Positions 10,297-19,355 of a stretch of DNA of 64,000 nucleotides are shown piece by piece; position 1 is the first letter of the stretch, and each line of letters starts with the position of its first letter. Under the pieces are notes generated by a model. The model was not told the origin of the DNA. It was given only the letters and a program-made list of their open reading frames with translations, and did no database searches. The DNA is from Alphaproteobacteria bacterium (GTDB lineage Bacteria > Pseudomonadota > Alphaproteobacteria > MPNO01 > UBA830). The translations under genes and the position numbers were made by a program. Where the stretch lies: contig OZ251539.1 in the NCBI GenBank assembly GCA_965243135.1, positions 4,320,001-4,384,000 on the forward strand. The letters are read 5' to 3'.

Positions 10297-11456
10297 CGCC
10301 GCCCGACGGACGGCTCGAGCACTGGGCGTCCGACGCCGCCTTCGATCCGCACGTCGCGGAAACGCTGACGCCGGAACAGGAACGCATCTACATGGCGTCG
10401 CAATGGCGGATGATGTGGATTCGCTTCAAGCGGCACCGGCTCGCGGTGTGGTCCGGCTTGCTGCTCGGCGCGGTCTATTTCTCGGTTCTCGTCAGCGAGT
10501 TCATCGCGCCCTACAACATGCATTCGCGGCATACGGACCATATCTACGCGCCGCCGCAGCAGGTGCGCCTCTTCCACGAAGGCGCGCTCGTCGGGCCGTT
10601 CACGTACGGTCTCGACTACCGGCTCAACATGGAAAACCTGAAGCGCGAATACGCCGACAACCCCACCCGCCCGGACCGTCTGCGCTTCTTCTGCCTCGGC
10701 GACGGCTACCGGTTCTGGGGCCTGATCGAGATGCGCTTTCACTTCGTCTGCCCGCCGAAGGACGGAACGTTCTTCCTGCTGGGCACCGATCGGCTGGGCC
10801 GCGACGTGTTCTCCCGCATCGTGATGGGCACGCGTATCTCCCTGACGGTCGGGCTGGTCGGCATCACCATCAGCTTCTTTCTCGGCATGCTGTTCGGAGG
10901 CCTCGCCGGATACTACGGCGGCTGGGTGGACAACCTCACCCAGCGCGGCATCGAGGTGATTCGATCGTTTCCGGAGCTGCCGCTCTGGATGGCCCTGTCC
11001 GCCGCATTGCCGGTGAACTGGAGCCCGATCCTGATCTATTTCGGGATCACGGTCATCCTCGGCCTGCTGGACTGGACGGGCCTCGCGCGGGCGGTCCGCT
11101 CGAAGCTGCTCGCCGTCAGGGAGGAGGACTTCGTCTCCGCCGCACGGCTGATGGGCGCGCGGCCCGGACGCATCATCTGGCGGCACATGATGCCGAGCTT
11201 CATGAGCCACCTGATCGCCTCCGCGACTCTCTCCGTGCCCTCGATGATTCTCGGGGAGACCGCGCTCTCCTTTCTGGGGCTCGGACTCCGCCCGCCGATC
11301 ACCAGCTGGGGCGTTCTGCTGGCCGAGGCGCAGAACATCAACGTCGTGGCTCTCTACCCGTGGCTGATGCTGCCGGTGGTTCCCGTCATCGTCGTGATTC
11401 TGGCGTTCAATTTCTTCGGCGACGGCCTGCGCGACGCCGCGGATCCGTACAAGTAG
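10293..11456 (+). CDS. ABC transporter permease (DppC/OppC-like)
   Basis: LGTDRLGRD, EDFVSAARLMGA, LSFLGLG, GDGLRDAADP. Confidence 0.95.
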   Translation: MTPPDGRLEHWASDAAFDPHVAETLTPEQERIYMASQWRMMWIRFKRHRLAVWSGLLLGAVYFSVLVSEFIAPYNMHSRHTDHIYAPPQQVRLFHEGALVGPFTYGLDYRLNMENLKREYADNPTRPDRLRFFCLGDGYRFWGLIEMRFHFVCPPKDGTFFLLGTDRLGRDVFSRIVMGTRISLTVGLVGITISFFLGMLFGGLAGYYGGWVDNLTQRGIEVIRSFPELPLWMALSAALPVNWSPILIYFGITVILGLLDWTGLARAVRSKLLAVREEDFVSAARLMGARPGRIIWRHMMPSFMSHLIASATLSVPSMILGETALSFLGLGLRPPITSWGVLLAEAQNINVVALYPWLMLPVVPVIVVILAFNFFGDGLRDAADPYK

Positions 11457-11480
11457 CTTCCGCGGCGAAACGCCGGGGCG

Positions 11481-12785
11481 CTATTTCGCCAGAACGACGA
11501 GATCGAGCGGCCGCTCCAAGCCTTCCACGTCGCAGCGCGGCCTCCGTTCCGCGGGGGCCGGCGGCGAATAGCCCTGCGCGAGTCCGGTCTCCCACGCGGC
11601 GGCGTCGGCGAGAGCGCGGCATTTCTGGCGTTTCGTCGCTTTCTCGAGCTTGGCGGCCAGATTGACCGCGTCTCCGATGACCGTGTACTCGAGGCGGCTG
11701 TCGTCGCCGACGGCGCCGAAGATGATCCGCCCCGCCGACACCCCGGCGCAGATGCGGAGTTCGGGCTCGCCGGCCTCGGCGCGGGCCGCGTTCCAATTCG
11801 CGGCGACCGTGATTATCCTGTCCACCGCCCTGAACGCGTCCGCGACGCAAGTGTCCGACTCGGACGCGGCGCCGAACGTCGCCATGATCCCGTCGCCCAG
11901 GAATTTGTCGATGGTGCCGCCGTTGTTCTGGATGACGGGCACGATCCGGCGCTGATAGTCCGCCAGCATCGCGACCACCTCGTTCGGCGGATGGGTGCGC
12001 GAGAAAACGGTGAAGCCTCTTATGTCGCAGAACAGAATGGCGGCGTTGCGGGCTTGGCCGGAACCGGCGGACGCCATTTCCTCGGAGGCGGTGATCTGGG
12101 CCGCGATTTCCGGGGAGAAGAAGCGGGAAAGATCCTGGGCCGCGTGGCCTTCCGCCACGGACCGGACGAGCAGGCCGCGCGCCCGGCTTATGGCGACGGC
12201 GAGGATCGCCGTCACCACGAGGATGGAGACGATCTTGTCGAACTCGGCGCCGATCAGGATCGCGTCGCTCGTCATGTAATGAACGTAGTCGCGCGTGACG
12301 CGGCCGCCCGCATGAACGGCGTAAAGCGCGAGCGCGAGCCAGCTCGCCGCCGCCACGAGTCCCGCGGCGACCACGTAGCGCGCTTCGAAGCGCAAAGCCC
12401 GCAACGCGATGAAGATGAAGACGTAGAGCAGCGTCGGCGCCTTGAGATAGAACGACGGCTGCTGCTCGTACTGCAGGTGGAAACTCCAGATCAGCCCGAC
12501 TAACAGGAACATGTCGAGCACCACCGAAGCGTAGAGCGCCGGCGGAGTCATTCGCCCGCGATGGGCGAGCCAAAGCCGCGCCAGCGTGATGCACAGGTAG
12601 ATTCCGAGCGCCCAGGGAACCGGAGCGAAGGCGGTCGTGGCGCTTTTCGGGGATCCGGCGTAGAGAACGCCGAAGGCGACGACGACGGCGAGCTGAAACC
12701 ACCCGATCAGGCGTTCGCTGGCGTCCTGCTGGTCGCGGATCGTCCGCTGCACCCGCAGCGGCAGGTCATCCGTTCTGCGCGTCAT
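11481..12785 (-). CDS. Membrane-bound class III adenylate/guanylate cyclase
   Basis: About six TM segments followed by ILFCDIRGFT, IDKFLGDG and EYTVIGDAVNLAAKLE. ATG at 12785 overlaps the upstream stop. Confidence 0.92.
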   Translation of the reverse strand: MTRRTDDLPLRVQRTIRDQQDASERLIGWFQLAVVVAFGVLYAGSPKSATTAFAPVPWALGIYLCITLARLWLAHRGRMTPPALYASVVLDMFLLVGLIWSFHLQYEQQPSFYLKAPTLLYVFIFIALRALRFEARYVVAAGLVAAASWLALALYAVHAGGRVTRDYVHYMTSDAILIGAEFDKIVSILVVTAILAVAISRARGLLVRSVAEGHAAQDLSRFFSPEIAAQITASEEMASAGSGQARNAAILFCDIRGFTVFSRTHPPNEVVAMLADYQRRIVPVIQNNGGTIDKFLGDGIMATFGAASESDTCVADAFRAVDRIITVAANWNAARAEAGEPELRICAGVSAGRIIFGAVGDDSRLEYTVIGDAVNLAAKLEKATKRQKCRALADAAAWETGLAQGYSPPAPAERRPRCDVEGLERPLDLVVLAK

Positions 12786-13642
12786 CGGACGAAGGCTCCC
12801 CGCCCGGTTTTTTCGACCCAAAGACTGGTCTCGACGGCATCCGCCATCAGCGGCAGGCCGCTCGCGACGCTCCGCCCGACGGCCTCCGGCATTCGGGTGA
12901 CGACGTAACGGCTCGAAAACAAAATCTCCGCCGCGTCCGCGGACAGCAACGCCGCGACGCCGAGCTGCTCGTTGTAGCCCCGCCACGTCCAGGACTCGGG
13001 GTAGCCGTCGGGCAGGAGGACGTCGTGAAAATGAACCAGCACTCCGGCCGGGAGGATCGGCCATATTCGGTTCAGCAAGAGGTCGACGTCGCTGCCGGGC
13101 ATGAGGACGTGACTGGAATCGACGAACAGGACGTCGCCGGCGCGCAACGCCTCGAACGGCGCGAGGCCGGCGTCGTGGACCGTCACGGATAGATGCTCGA
13201 CTTCGAGGGCCGCGATGTCGGCGCGCGGTTCCGGATCGATGGTCACGATGCGGGTGTCGAGGCCGCCGTCCGCGGCCGCCCGGGCGAGGAATCTCGTGGA
13301 ATGGCCCGCCCCCACTTCGACGACGAGCGACGGCCGCCGCGCGCGCATCGTCGCGTAGGCGGCGGCCGCGTCGAGCCGCGGGAACCAACCCTGATTCCAC
13401 CGGGGCTGCGGCGGGTCGCCGCCGCCGATTTCCGAAAGCGCCGCGTCGAGCGAGTCGATCGCGGCGAGCGTTTCGGCGAAGCGCGGCTCCGCCGCCGCGA
13501 ACAGCGTTTCGAGCTCGGGATACGTTTCCGCCCGCGAAAAAGAGGACGCATGCCGGCACGGAACGAACCATCCGCGTCGCGAGACCCCGGTGACGGTGGC
13601 CAAGCCCATTCCCAGAGCGCGGAGACGGGCGCGCGTCCGCAT
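12782..13642 (-). CDS. Class I SAM-dependent methyltransferase (Methyltransf_24-like)
   Basis: VEVGAGHST, LFVDSSH, VHFHD and YNEQ motifs. Confidence 0.85.
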   Translation of the reverse strand: MRTRARLRALGMGLATVTGVSRRGWFVPCRHASSFSRAETYPELETLFAAAEPRFAETLAAIDSLDAALSEIGGGDPPQPRWNQGWFPRLDAAAAYATMRARRPSLVVEVGAGHSTRFLARAAADGGLDTRIVTIDPEPRADIAALEVEHLSVTVHDAGLAPFEALRAGDVLFVDSSHVLMPGSDVDLLLNRIWPILPAGVLVHFHDVLLPDGYPESWTWRGYNEQLGVAALLSADAAEILFSSRYVVTRMPEAVGRSVASGLPLMADAVETSLWVEKTGRGAFVR

Positions 13643-13649
13643 CGCCGCC

Positions 13650-14477
13650 TCAGAGCTCCAACGCCATGCCCTCGAAGGCGACGACCGCGCCGGGCGCGGC
13701 TCGGGCCGCCTCCTCGGCGATGCGATCGAGCTCGTCGTCCGAGCGCTCCGGTCGATGATGGAAAATCACCAGGATCGGCACCCGCGCCGCCTTGCAGAGC
13801 CTTGCGCCCTCCTCCCAGGTCGAGTGGCCCCAACCGGCGAAGCGGGGGTATTCGGCATCGGTGAACATCGCGTCGTAGATCACGACGTCGGCGCCTTCGA
13901 TCAGCGAGAGGACGTTTTCGTCGGGGCCGGACGCGCGATGTTCGGTGTCCGTGACGTAACAGGCCGATCGTCCGCCGTATTCGACGCGATAACCGGTCGC
14001 GTTTTGCGGATGGTTCAGGGTCGCCGTGCGAAGCGCGATTCCCGGCTTCGGCGCGAGCGGCTCCCCGGCCCTGAAGTCGCGGTAGCCGACGTCGGCGGCG
14101 AACGCGTCCGGGGTGATCGGAAAGATCGGCGGGCTCATGTACCGGCGAAGAACGCTTTCGGTCGTTTCGCCGTTCTCGAGGTGGCCGGACCAGACCGTGA
14201 GCCTGTTTCCGGATTGAAAGGCGTGGCAGAAAAACGGAAATCCCACGATGTGATCGATATGGGTGTGCGACAGAAAGAGATCGGCTTCGGTGACGCCCTC
14301 CGTCGCAAGGAGCCTTCCCAGGCCGGGAAGCCCCGATCCGGCGTCGAAGATGAGAACGTGCGGGCCGCAGCGCATTTCGACGCAGGACGTATTGCCGCCG
14401 TAGCCCGCGGTGTCCTTGCCGGGGGAAGGTATCGACCCGCGGACGCCCCAGAAACGGACGAGGAAATCGCTATCCAC
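13650..14477 (-). CDS. MBL-fold metallo-hydrolase (possible cyclic-nucleotide phosphodiesterase)
   Basis: FWGVRGS, YGGNTSC, SHTHIDH (HxHxDH), TDTEH, GWGHS and FHH motifs. Confidence 0.9.
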   Translation of the reverse strand: MDSDFLVRFWGVRGSIPSPGKDTAGYGGNTSCVEMRCGPHVLIFDAGSGLPGLGRLLATEGVTEADLFLSHTHIDHIVGFPFFCHAFQSGNRLTVWSGHLENGETTESVLRRYMSPPIFPITPDAFAADVGYRDFRAGEPLAPKPGIALRTATLNHPQNATGYRVEYGGRSACYVTDTEHRASGPDENVLSLIEGADVVIYDAMFTDAEYPRFAGWGHSTWEEGARLCKAARVPILVIFHHRPERSDDELDRIAEEAARAAPGAVVAFEGMALEL

Positions 14478-14584
14478 GCGCCGAATCCATTGCGGACAGA
14501 TGATGGAGCATGGTTCTCTCCGGTCGGCGTGCCGTCCGGCCGCGGCGACCGCCGGAACGTTGACGGGAGATAGGCCGAACGAGT

Positions 14585-14960
14585 CGAAAATTCAAGGGCG
14601 GTGGCGGCTGGCAATGACTGCGTGCCGGCAGGAAAAGGGTGGGTGCTCCCTGCCGCTTGTTCCCATGCAGGAAGATGGCGAACAGGATGCGAGAGGCTTT
14701 GTCCTGGAATGCGGGGCGGGTTCGCCGCCAGGGCCGTGCGGAAGCGTCGCCAGATCCGCTGCACCTCAGCATGGAAAGAGTATGGCCGATCTGAAGCGCC
14801 TTGTCGAACTTGCGTGCGAAGACCATTTATGAGTATTGAGTTTTGCAGGACGATACCTATATGCTCGTAAGCTGACGTAACCTACGAACACAGCGGCGAT
14901 TTGGATAACTCCGTCAATGGTGCGTTCATCGAGTGGCGGACCAGCGATTCGAAGTTGATC
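14585..14960 (+). pseudogene. Relic of a HATPase-like/ATP-binding gene upstream of a STAS-like gene
   Basis: Fragments GRWRLAM, GKSMADLKRLVE..L*VLSFAGRYLY and LDNSVNGAFIEW in shifting frames with an in-frame stop. They resemble the C-terminus of the ATPases usually found before DUF4325. Boundaries approximate. Confidence 0.5.
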
Positions 14961-14962
14961 AG

Positions 14963-15283
14963 ATGGCAACGACGCAGACTAAAAAAATCGACGTGGCGCG
15001 GAGCTTCACGCCGTATCCGGTCGGTCGGACCCGCTCCGACGGAAGGTATTCGGGCGAAGCCTTTCGCGACGACCACTTGGTCCCAACCTTGAGGGCGGGA
15101 GCCGTAACGGTCGTCATGGACGGCGCGAAGGGATACGGTTCGTCGTTTCTTGAGGAAGCTTTTGGTGGTTTGGTGCGGTGTTGCGGCTTTGAACTGAGCC
15201 AACTCAGGGAGAGGCTGCTCATAGAGACGGAGGACTCTCTGCTCAGGACCGAGATATGGAGCTATATTGAGGAGGCTGACTGA
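14963..15283 (+). CDS. STAS-like domain protein (DUF4325 family)
   Basis: FTPYPVGR..DGRYSGEAFR..MDGAKGYGSSFLEEAFGGLVR signature; lower GC. Confidence 0.85.
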   Translation: MATTQTKKIDVARSFTPYPVGRTRSDGRYSGEAFRDDHLVPTLRAGAVTVVMDGAKGYGSSFLEEAFGGLVRCCGFELSQLRERLLIETEDSLLRTEIWSYIEEAD

Positions 15284-15305
15284 TTCAGGACGACATCCGT
15301 ATCGA

Positions 15306-15776
15306 ATGCCTGATGAAGCGTCGGGCGCGCCTTGGTGGGTTATCGGATCTTGGCTGATCACTATTGTCGGCTGGATCGTTGTTGATCGACGGAGCAACCG
15401 GCACGCCTTCGCATCGGAGACCTTCCAAATGGTCCAAGACGCCAAGAACCTTCCCGACCAGTTCCGGTCCGACGTCATCGCCGCCTTGGTATTGGCTGGC
15501 ACAGACGCCCAAGCCCAAAACCTGCGCAGAGCCGCTATCCGCGATACGCAGAAAATACAGCTCGCGCTTCGGCTGCCTGGTCAACGCGATAAGCGTTTCG
15601 ATGTCGAAACGGAGTATCTGAAATTGAAGAAGACAGCCTCGGGGAAAAACTTCGAGTCGCCCGACAGGGATGCGTTGCCCATCGATGATCAACGTATTCG
15701 CCAGGTCGACGAAACTACCGACAATCTCATCGCAAACATCCATCAAGCGTACAACGAGATATACCGCCGTTCCTGA
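15306..15776 (+). CDS. Hypothetical protein with an N-terminal transmembrane helix
   Basis: WWVIGSWLITIVGWIVV hydrophobic helix followed by a helical domain; directly after DUF4325; lower GC; start uncertain. Confidence 0.65.
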   Translation: MPDEASGAPWWVIGSWLITIVGWIVVDRRSNRHAFASETFQMVQDAKNLPDQFRSDVIAALVLAGTDAQAQNLRRAAIRDTQKIQLALRLPGQRDKRFDVETEYLKLKKTASGKNFESPDRDALPIDDQRIRQVDETTDNLIANIHQAYNEIYRRS

Positions 15777-16192
15777 TCGCAGATCGGGCCACGCCGGCCC
15801 TCTTACCCGAACCATTTGGGCGATACTCGCCAACTCCATGCGCACTGTGCCGTACGCGTTGGGGGGCGAGGGTCAACACCGCCTGCCCCATTCTCCAGAC
15901 CACGATGCAGAACGCCCACGGCACGTGACAATCTCGACCTTGAGAAGCGCGGCATGGTCAAGCGCGGTCCGAAGATCTCGACATCGTCGCCCGCGACATG
16001 CTTTGCCCTTTCTCCAGTCGCTGTTCGCAGAGATCCGGCGCGGCCGCGGAGAAACCTGCCTTTACGCCTTCGTTTACACCGCGCTGAACGACGATATGTT
16101 CAGAGACTTCGGGAGAACCATGGCTGGGCATCGACCGCCGGTCGGACGCAGCCAAAAGATCCCGGACATCTCCCCAGAAGGAAGGATCGCAC

Positions 16193-16930
16193 ATGGACAT
16201 GGGACTCAGGGACAAAGCCGCATGGATAACCGGAGCCACCGGGGCCATCGGTCGCGAAATCGCGCTGGCTTTTGCGCGCGAGGGAGCGCGCGTCGCCGTC
16301 TCGGCCCGCACGAACGCCGCGCTGGACGCTCTGACGGAGGAAATCGGCAGGGACAAGGCCCTTGCCGTGCCTCTCGACGTTACGGATGCGGCCGCCGTTC
16401 GGGTTGCCGCGCGGAAGGTCGCCGTCGATCTGGGAAGCCTCGACGTTCTCGCAACGAGCGTCGCGGTGCCGGCGTTCGGACCGTTCCTCGAAATCGACGA
16501 GAACGTTTTTCGCGCGGCGCTGGAAGTCAAATATCTCGGATACGTGAACTGCTTCCAGGCGGCCTTGCCGCATATGACGACGGGCGCGATCGTCGCCGTC
16601 ACCGGCACCGGCGGCAAGTTGCCGATCGGCATTCACCTGCCCGGCGGCAGCGTCAACGCGGCGCTGAATCTCGTGATCAAGGGGCTTGCGAACGAGTACG
16701 GCTCCAGGGGGATACGGGCGAACGCGGTATCGCCCGGCCCCATCATGTCGGAACGCCAGAAGCAGATGACCGAGGCGGGCATGGGCGATCCGGCGGCGGG
16801 AATTCCTCTCGGACGGCTCGGAGAGGCGGCGGAAGTGGCGGACGCCGCCGTTTTTCTCGCAAGCGACCGCGCCGCGTATATAACCGGCCAGATACTGTCG
16901 CTCGACGGCGGCGGGATCAAGGCGCTGTAA
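16193..16930 (+). CDS. SDR family NAD(P)-dependent oxidoreductase
   Basis: ITGATGAIG, NAVSPG, YITGQILSLDGG; RBS GAAGGA. The canonical YxxxK is absent (GSVNAA). Confidence 0.88.
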   Translation: MDMGLRDKAAWITGATGAIGREIALAFAREGARVAVSARTNAALDALTEEIGRDKALAVPLDVTDAAAVRVAARKVAVDLGSLDVLATSVAVPAFGPFLEIDENVFRAALEVKYLGYVNCFQAALPHMTTGAIVAVTGTGGKLPIGIHLPGGSVNAALNLVIKGLANEYGSRGIRANAVSPGPIMSERQKQMTEAGMGDPAAGIPLGRLGEAAEVADAAVFLASDRAAYITGQILSLDGGGIKAL

Positions 16931-16942
16931 CGAGCGGACGCA

Positions 16943-17623
16943 TCACGGCACCAGGCGGTATCCGCCGGGCTCGGTGATCAGTATTTCGGCGTTGGAGGGG
17001 TCGCGCTCGATCTTCTGGCGCAGCCGGTACACATGGGTCTCGAGCGTGTGCGTCGTGACCCCGGAATTGTAGCCCCACACCTCGTTGAGGAGCGTCTGGC
17101 GGCCGGTCACGCCGGAAACCCTCTTCAGGAGATATTTCAGGATCGCCACCTCCTTCGCCGTCAACCGGATCTTGCCGTCTTCCGGGTAAGTCAGCACTTT
17201 GGCGGCGGGATGAAATCTGTAGGGACCGATGCTGAAAACCGCATCCTCGCTCCGTTCGTGCTGGCGAAGCTGAGCGCGTATCCTTGCGAGCAGGATGCTG
17301 AACCTGAACGGCTTCGTGACGTAGTCGTTGGCGCCCGCGTCGAGGCCTTGCACCGTATCCGTCTCGGCGCCGGCGCCGGTGAGCATGATGATCGGACAAT
17401 TGACGTTCGCGTCGCGCAGCGCGCGGCATACTTCGCGACCATCCATGTCGGGCAGGCCGATGTCGAGAATGACGATGTCGGGGTGGGGGTCGCGGCAGGC
17501 GGCGAGCGCCCCCGCCCCGTTTGCGGCTTCCTCGACGACGAATTCTTCTCGGAACTGGCCTCGCAAGGTTTCCCGCAGCATGTCGTCGTCGTCCACCAGC
17601 AGGATCTTCTTGGGGTTGGCCAT
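16943..17623 (-). CDS. OmpR-family response regulator transcription factor
   Basis: LLVDDD, ILDIGLPDMDG, GANDYVTKPF, THTLETHVYRLRQKIE winged helix. Confidence 0.95.
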   Translation of the reverse strand: MANPKKILLVDDDDMLRETLRGQFREEFVVEEAANGAGALAACRDPHPDIVILDIGLPDMDGREVCRALRDANVNCPIIMLTGAGAETDTVQGLDAGANDYVTKPFRFSILLARIRAQLRQHERSEDAVFSIGPYRFHPAAKVLTYPEDGKIRLTAKEVAILKYLLKRVSGVTGRQTLLNEVWGYNSGVTTHTLETHVYRLRQKIERDPSNAEILITEPGGYRLVP

Positions 17624-17731
17624 GTCAGCGCGCTCCGGCTCGGTTCCGCGGGATTATGCCGCGTCGGTCAACGATGAGAAAGCTCTTTCGAACCACTTTT
17701 CCGGAATGCGTCATCCTTCTATGATCCGATC

Positions 17732-18146
17732 CACTATTGTCCGGTTAACTGGCAGATGCTTCCTAATTTATAAAAATTTATCAATGTGTTAAGGTAAAAA
17801 TCACCTGGTGTCGATTTTGGGTCGGCTATCTGCTGTCGGCGATGAGGTCAGATTTGCAAGCTGCCGCTCCATACTCGAAGGATGTCTCCGGCCGTTTGGG
17901 ATCAAGCGTTTCTTCGGACGCTCCGAAAATGCAGTGAAAACACGAATCCGGATCGCAGTCTCAGTTTATGTTCCGATCATGCGAAAAAGGCTGAAAATCG
18001 ATACCAACCTCTGCGCAATTCTTCAGATCTTGTTGGTGATTCCTTTCGAGAAAATTCAATTAAAACAGCCTCTTAGATCGGGCGCCGACAGCCCCGGCCA
18101 CTACCAAACCAATTGAATTTGTTTGGTGATTAACCGGACAGCAGTG
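17732..18146 (+). mobile_element. Internally deleted IS4-family element (MITE-like, 415 bp) with TIRs and a 9-bp target-site duplication
   Basis: IRL CACTATTGTCCGGTTAA (17732-17748) and IRR TTAACCGGACAGCAGTG (18130-18146), 15/17 match. Flanked by GATCCGATC at 17723-17731 and 18147-18155. Carries a degraded transposase C-terminus (IKRFFGRSENAVKTRIRIAVSVY...ILQIL..FEK). Confidence 0.88.
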
Positions 18147-18235
18147 GATCCGATCATTAGTCGGACATTCGCCATGTCTGCCCCATCCCGCCTCTCCCGC
18201 GTCAGAATGCGTCGATTACTGTCGTTCGAGGAGGC

Positions 18236-18645
18236 ATGACCCGACTGGAGTCGCCCGGGCGAGGTTCTGAAGCGCGGCTTCATGGAGCCCTTCGGCTTGT
18301 CCGGCGCACCGCAGTCTCCGCCGTCAGCAGGGTCCTGCGTCCGAGCGTACAGGCGTTGTTGGCGGACGCCCCCGCGAACGCATTCGAAATCGTGCTGCCG
18401 GAGGCGCTCGACCGGATGAACCGGGATCAAGCGGGTGCGGCGCCGCTATTCAAATCACCCGCGCTTCGCCGGGGCGACGGCCGTCACGTTGGCGGAAGGC
18501 AGGAACGCGGAGCTTCGCGCCGGTCTGAAGGGGACGATGAACGCCCTGCGAACCTCGCAGCCAAGACCTGGCGCGGCCTTCGGGGTCGGGCGGAGCAGGG
18601 CAAATCCGAGGGCGGTTTGCGCTACGGCTACGATATGGCAATGAT
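18236..18645 (+). pseudogene. Large serine recombinase (resolvase family) relic
   Basis: Frameshifted fragments RPSVQALLAD..FEIVLPEALDRMNRDQ, RFAG..VTLAEG..ELRAGLKGTMNAL and LAAKTWRGLRGR..GKSEGGLRYGYD. Confidence 0.8.
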
Positions 18646-18793
18646 CGCGGCCGCGCCGCGCTCATCTCCGGCGCGAAACGGAGCCGGATGAAAGCGAAGC
18701 TGCGCGGCGGTCTCGGCGCCGTCCTCGAATGGACGGCGAAGGGCGCCAAAGGAAACGAGAGCGGCACGCCGGCGCCCGGAATGCCGATCACGG

Positions 18794-18843
18794 TGGTTGC
18801 GGGGGCAGGAGTCCAACCTGCGACACCCGGATCATGAGTCTGA
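18794..18843 (-). other. Degenerate 3' half of an initiator tRNA-Met (att-like remnant, not a functional tRNA)
   Basis: Minus strand reads TCAGACTCATGATCCGGGTGTCGCAGGTTGGACTCCTGCCCCCGCAACCA: CAT anticodon, T-arm (TTC mutated) and CCA end. The 5' half is absent. Confidence 0.75.
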
Positions 18844-19337
18844 TCGTCTCGGTCGACGGAACGGCCGTCTGGAGAAACGCCTCCTGCAGATGCGCGGTCG
18901 GCCGCGGCGGCGTCCGGGCGAATAAGCGGGAAGGCGACGGCGCCACGCCGGAAGGGAGCTTTCCGTTGCTCGAAGTTCTTTACCGGAAGGATCGCCTCGA
19001 CCTCCCCAACACGCGGCTTCGCGCGGCGGCGCTGGCGCCGGAGGACGGCTGGTGCGACGATCCCCGGCACCCTGCCTACAACACGAAGGTGAAGCTGCCG
19101 CACCCGGCCGGTTGCGAGGCGCTGTGGCGCGACGACGGGCTCTACGATCTGATGGCGATCACCGGCCACAACGCGGATCCGGTCGTTCCCGGCGCAGGCA
19201 GCGCCATCTTCGTTCACGTCGCCGGAGCCGGCTATCCGCCCACGGAGGGATGCGTGGCGTTCGCCCTGCCGGACCTGCAGCGCATCCTCTCGGACTGGCT
19301 GCCGGCCGACAGGTTGGTGGTGCAGGCGTCGCGCTGA
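18834..19337 (+). CDS. L,D-transpeptidase family (YkuD-like) protein
   Basis: CAVGRGG..KREGDGATPEG, WCDDP, GSAIFVH and PTEGCVA catalytic H/C motif. Confidence 0.9.
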   Translation: MSLIVSVDGTAVWRNASCRCAVGRGGVRANKREGDGATPEGSFPLLEVLYRKDRLDLPNTRLRAAALAPEDGWCDDPRHPAYNTKVKLPHPAGCEALWRDDGLYDLMAITGHNADPVVPGAGSAIFVHVAGAGYPPTEGCVAFALPDLQRILSDWLPADRLVVQASR

Positions 19338-19355
19338 CGGAGCCGCCGGCCGAAA

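Noticed and set aside
18794-18843. Functional tRNA-Met gene
   Set aside because: The 5' half is missing and the T-loop is mutated; kept only as an att-like remnant.
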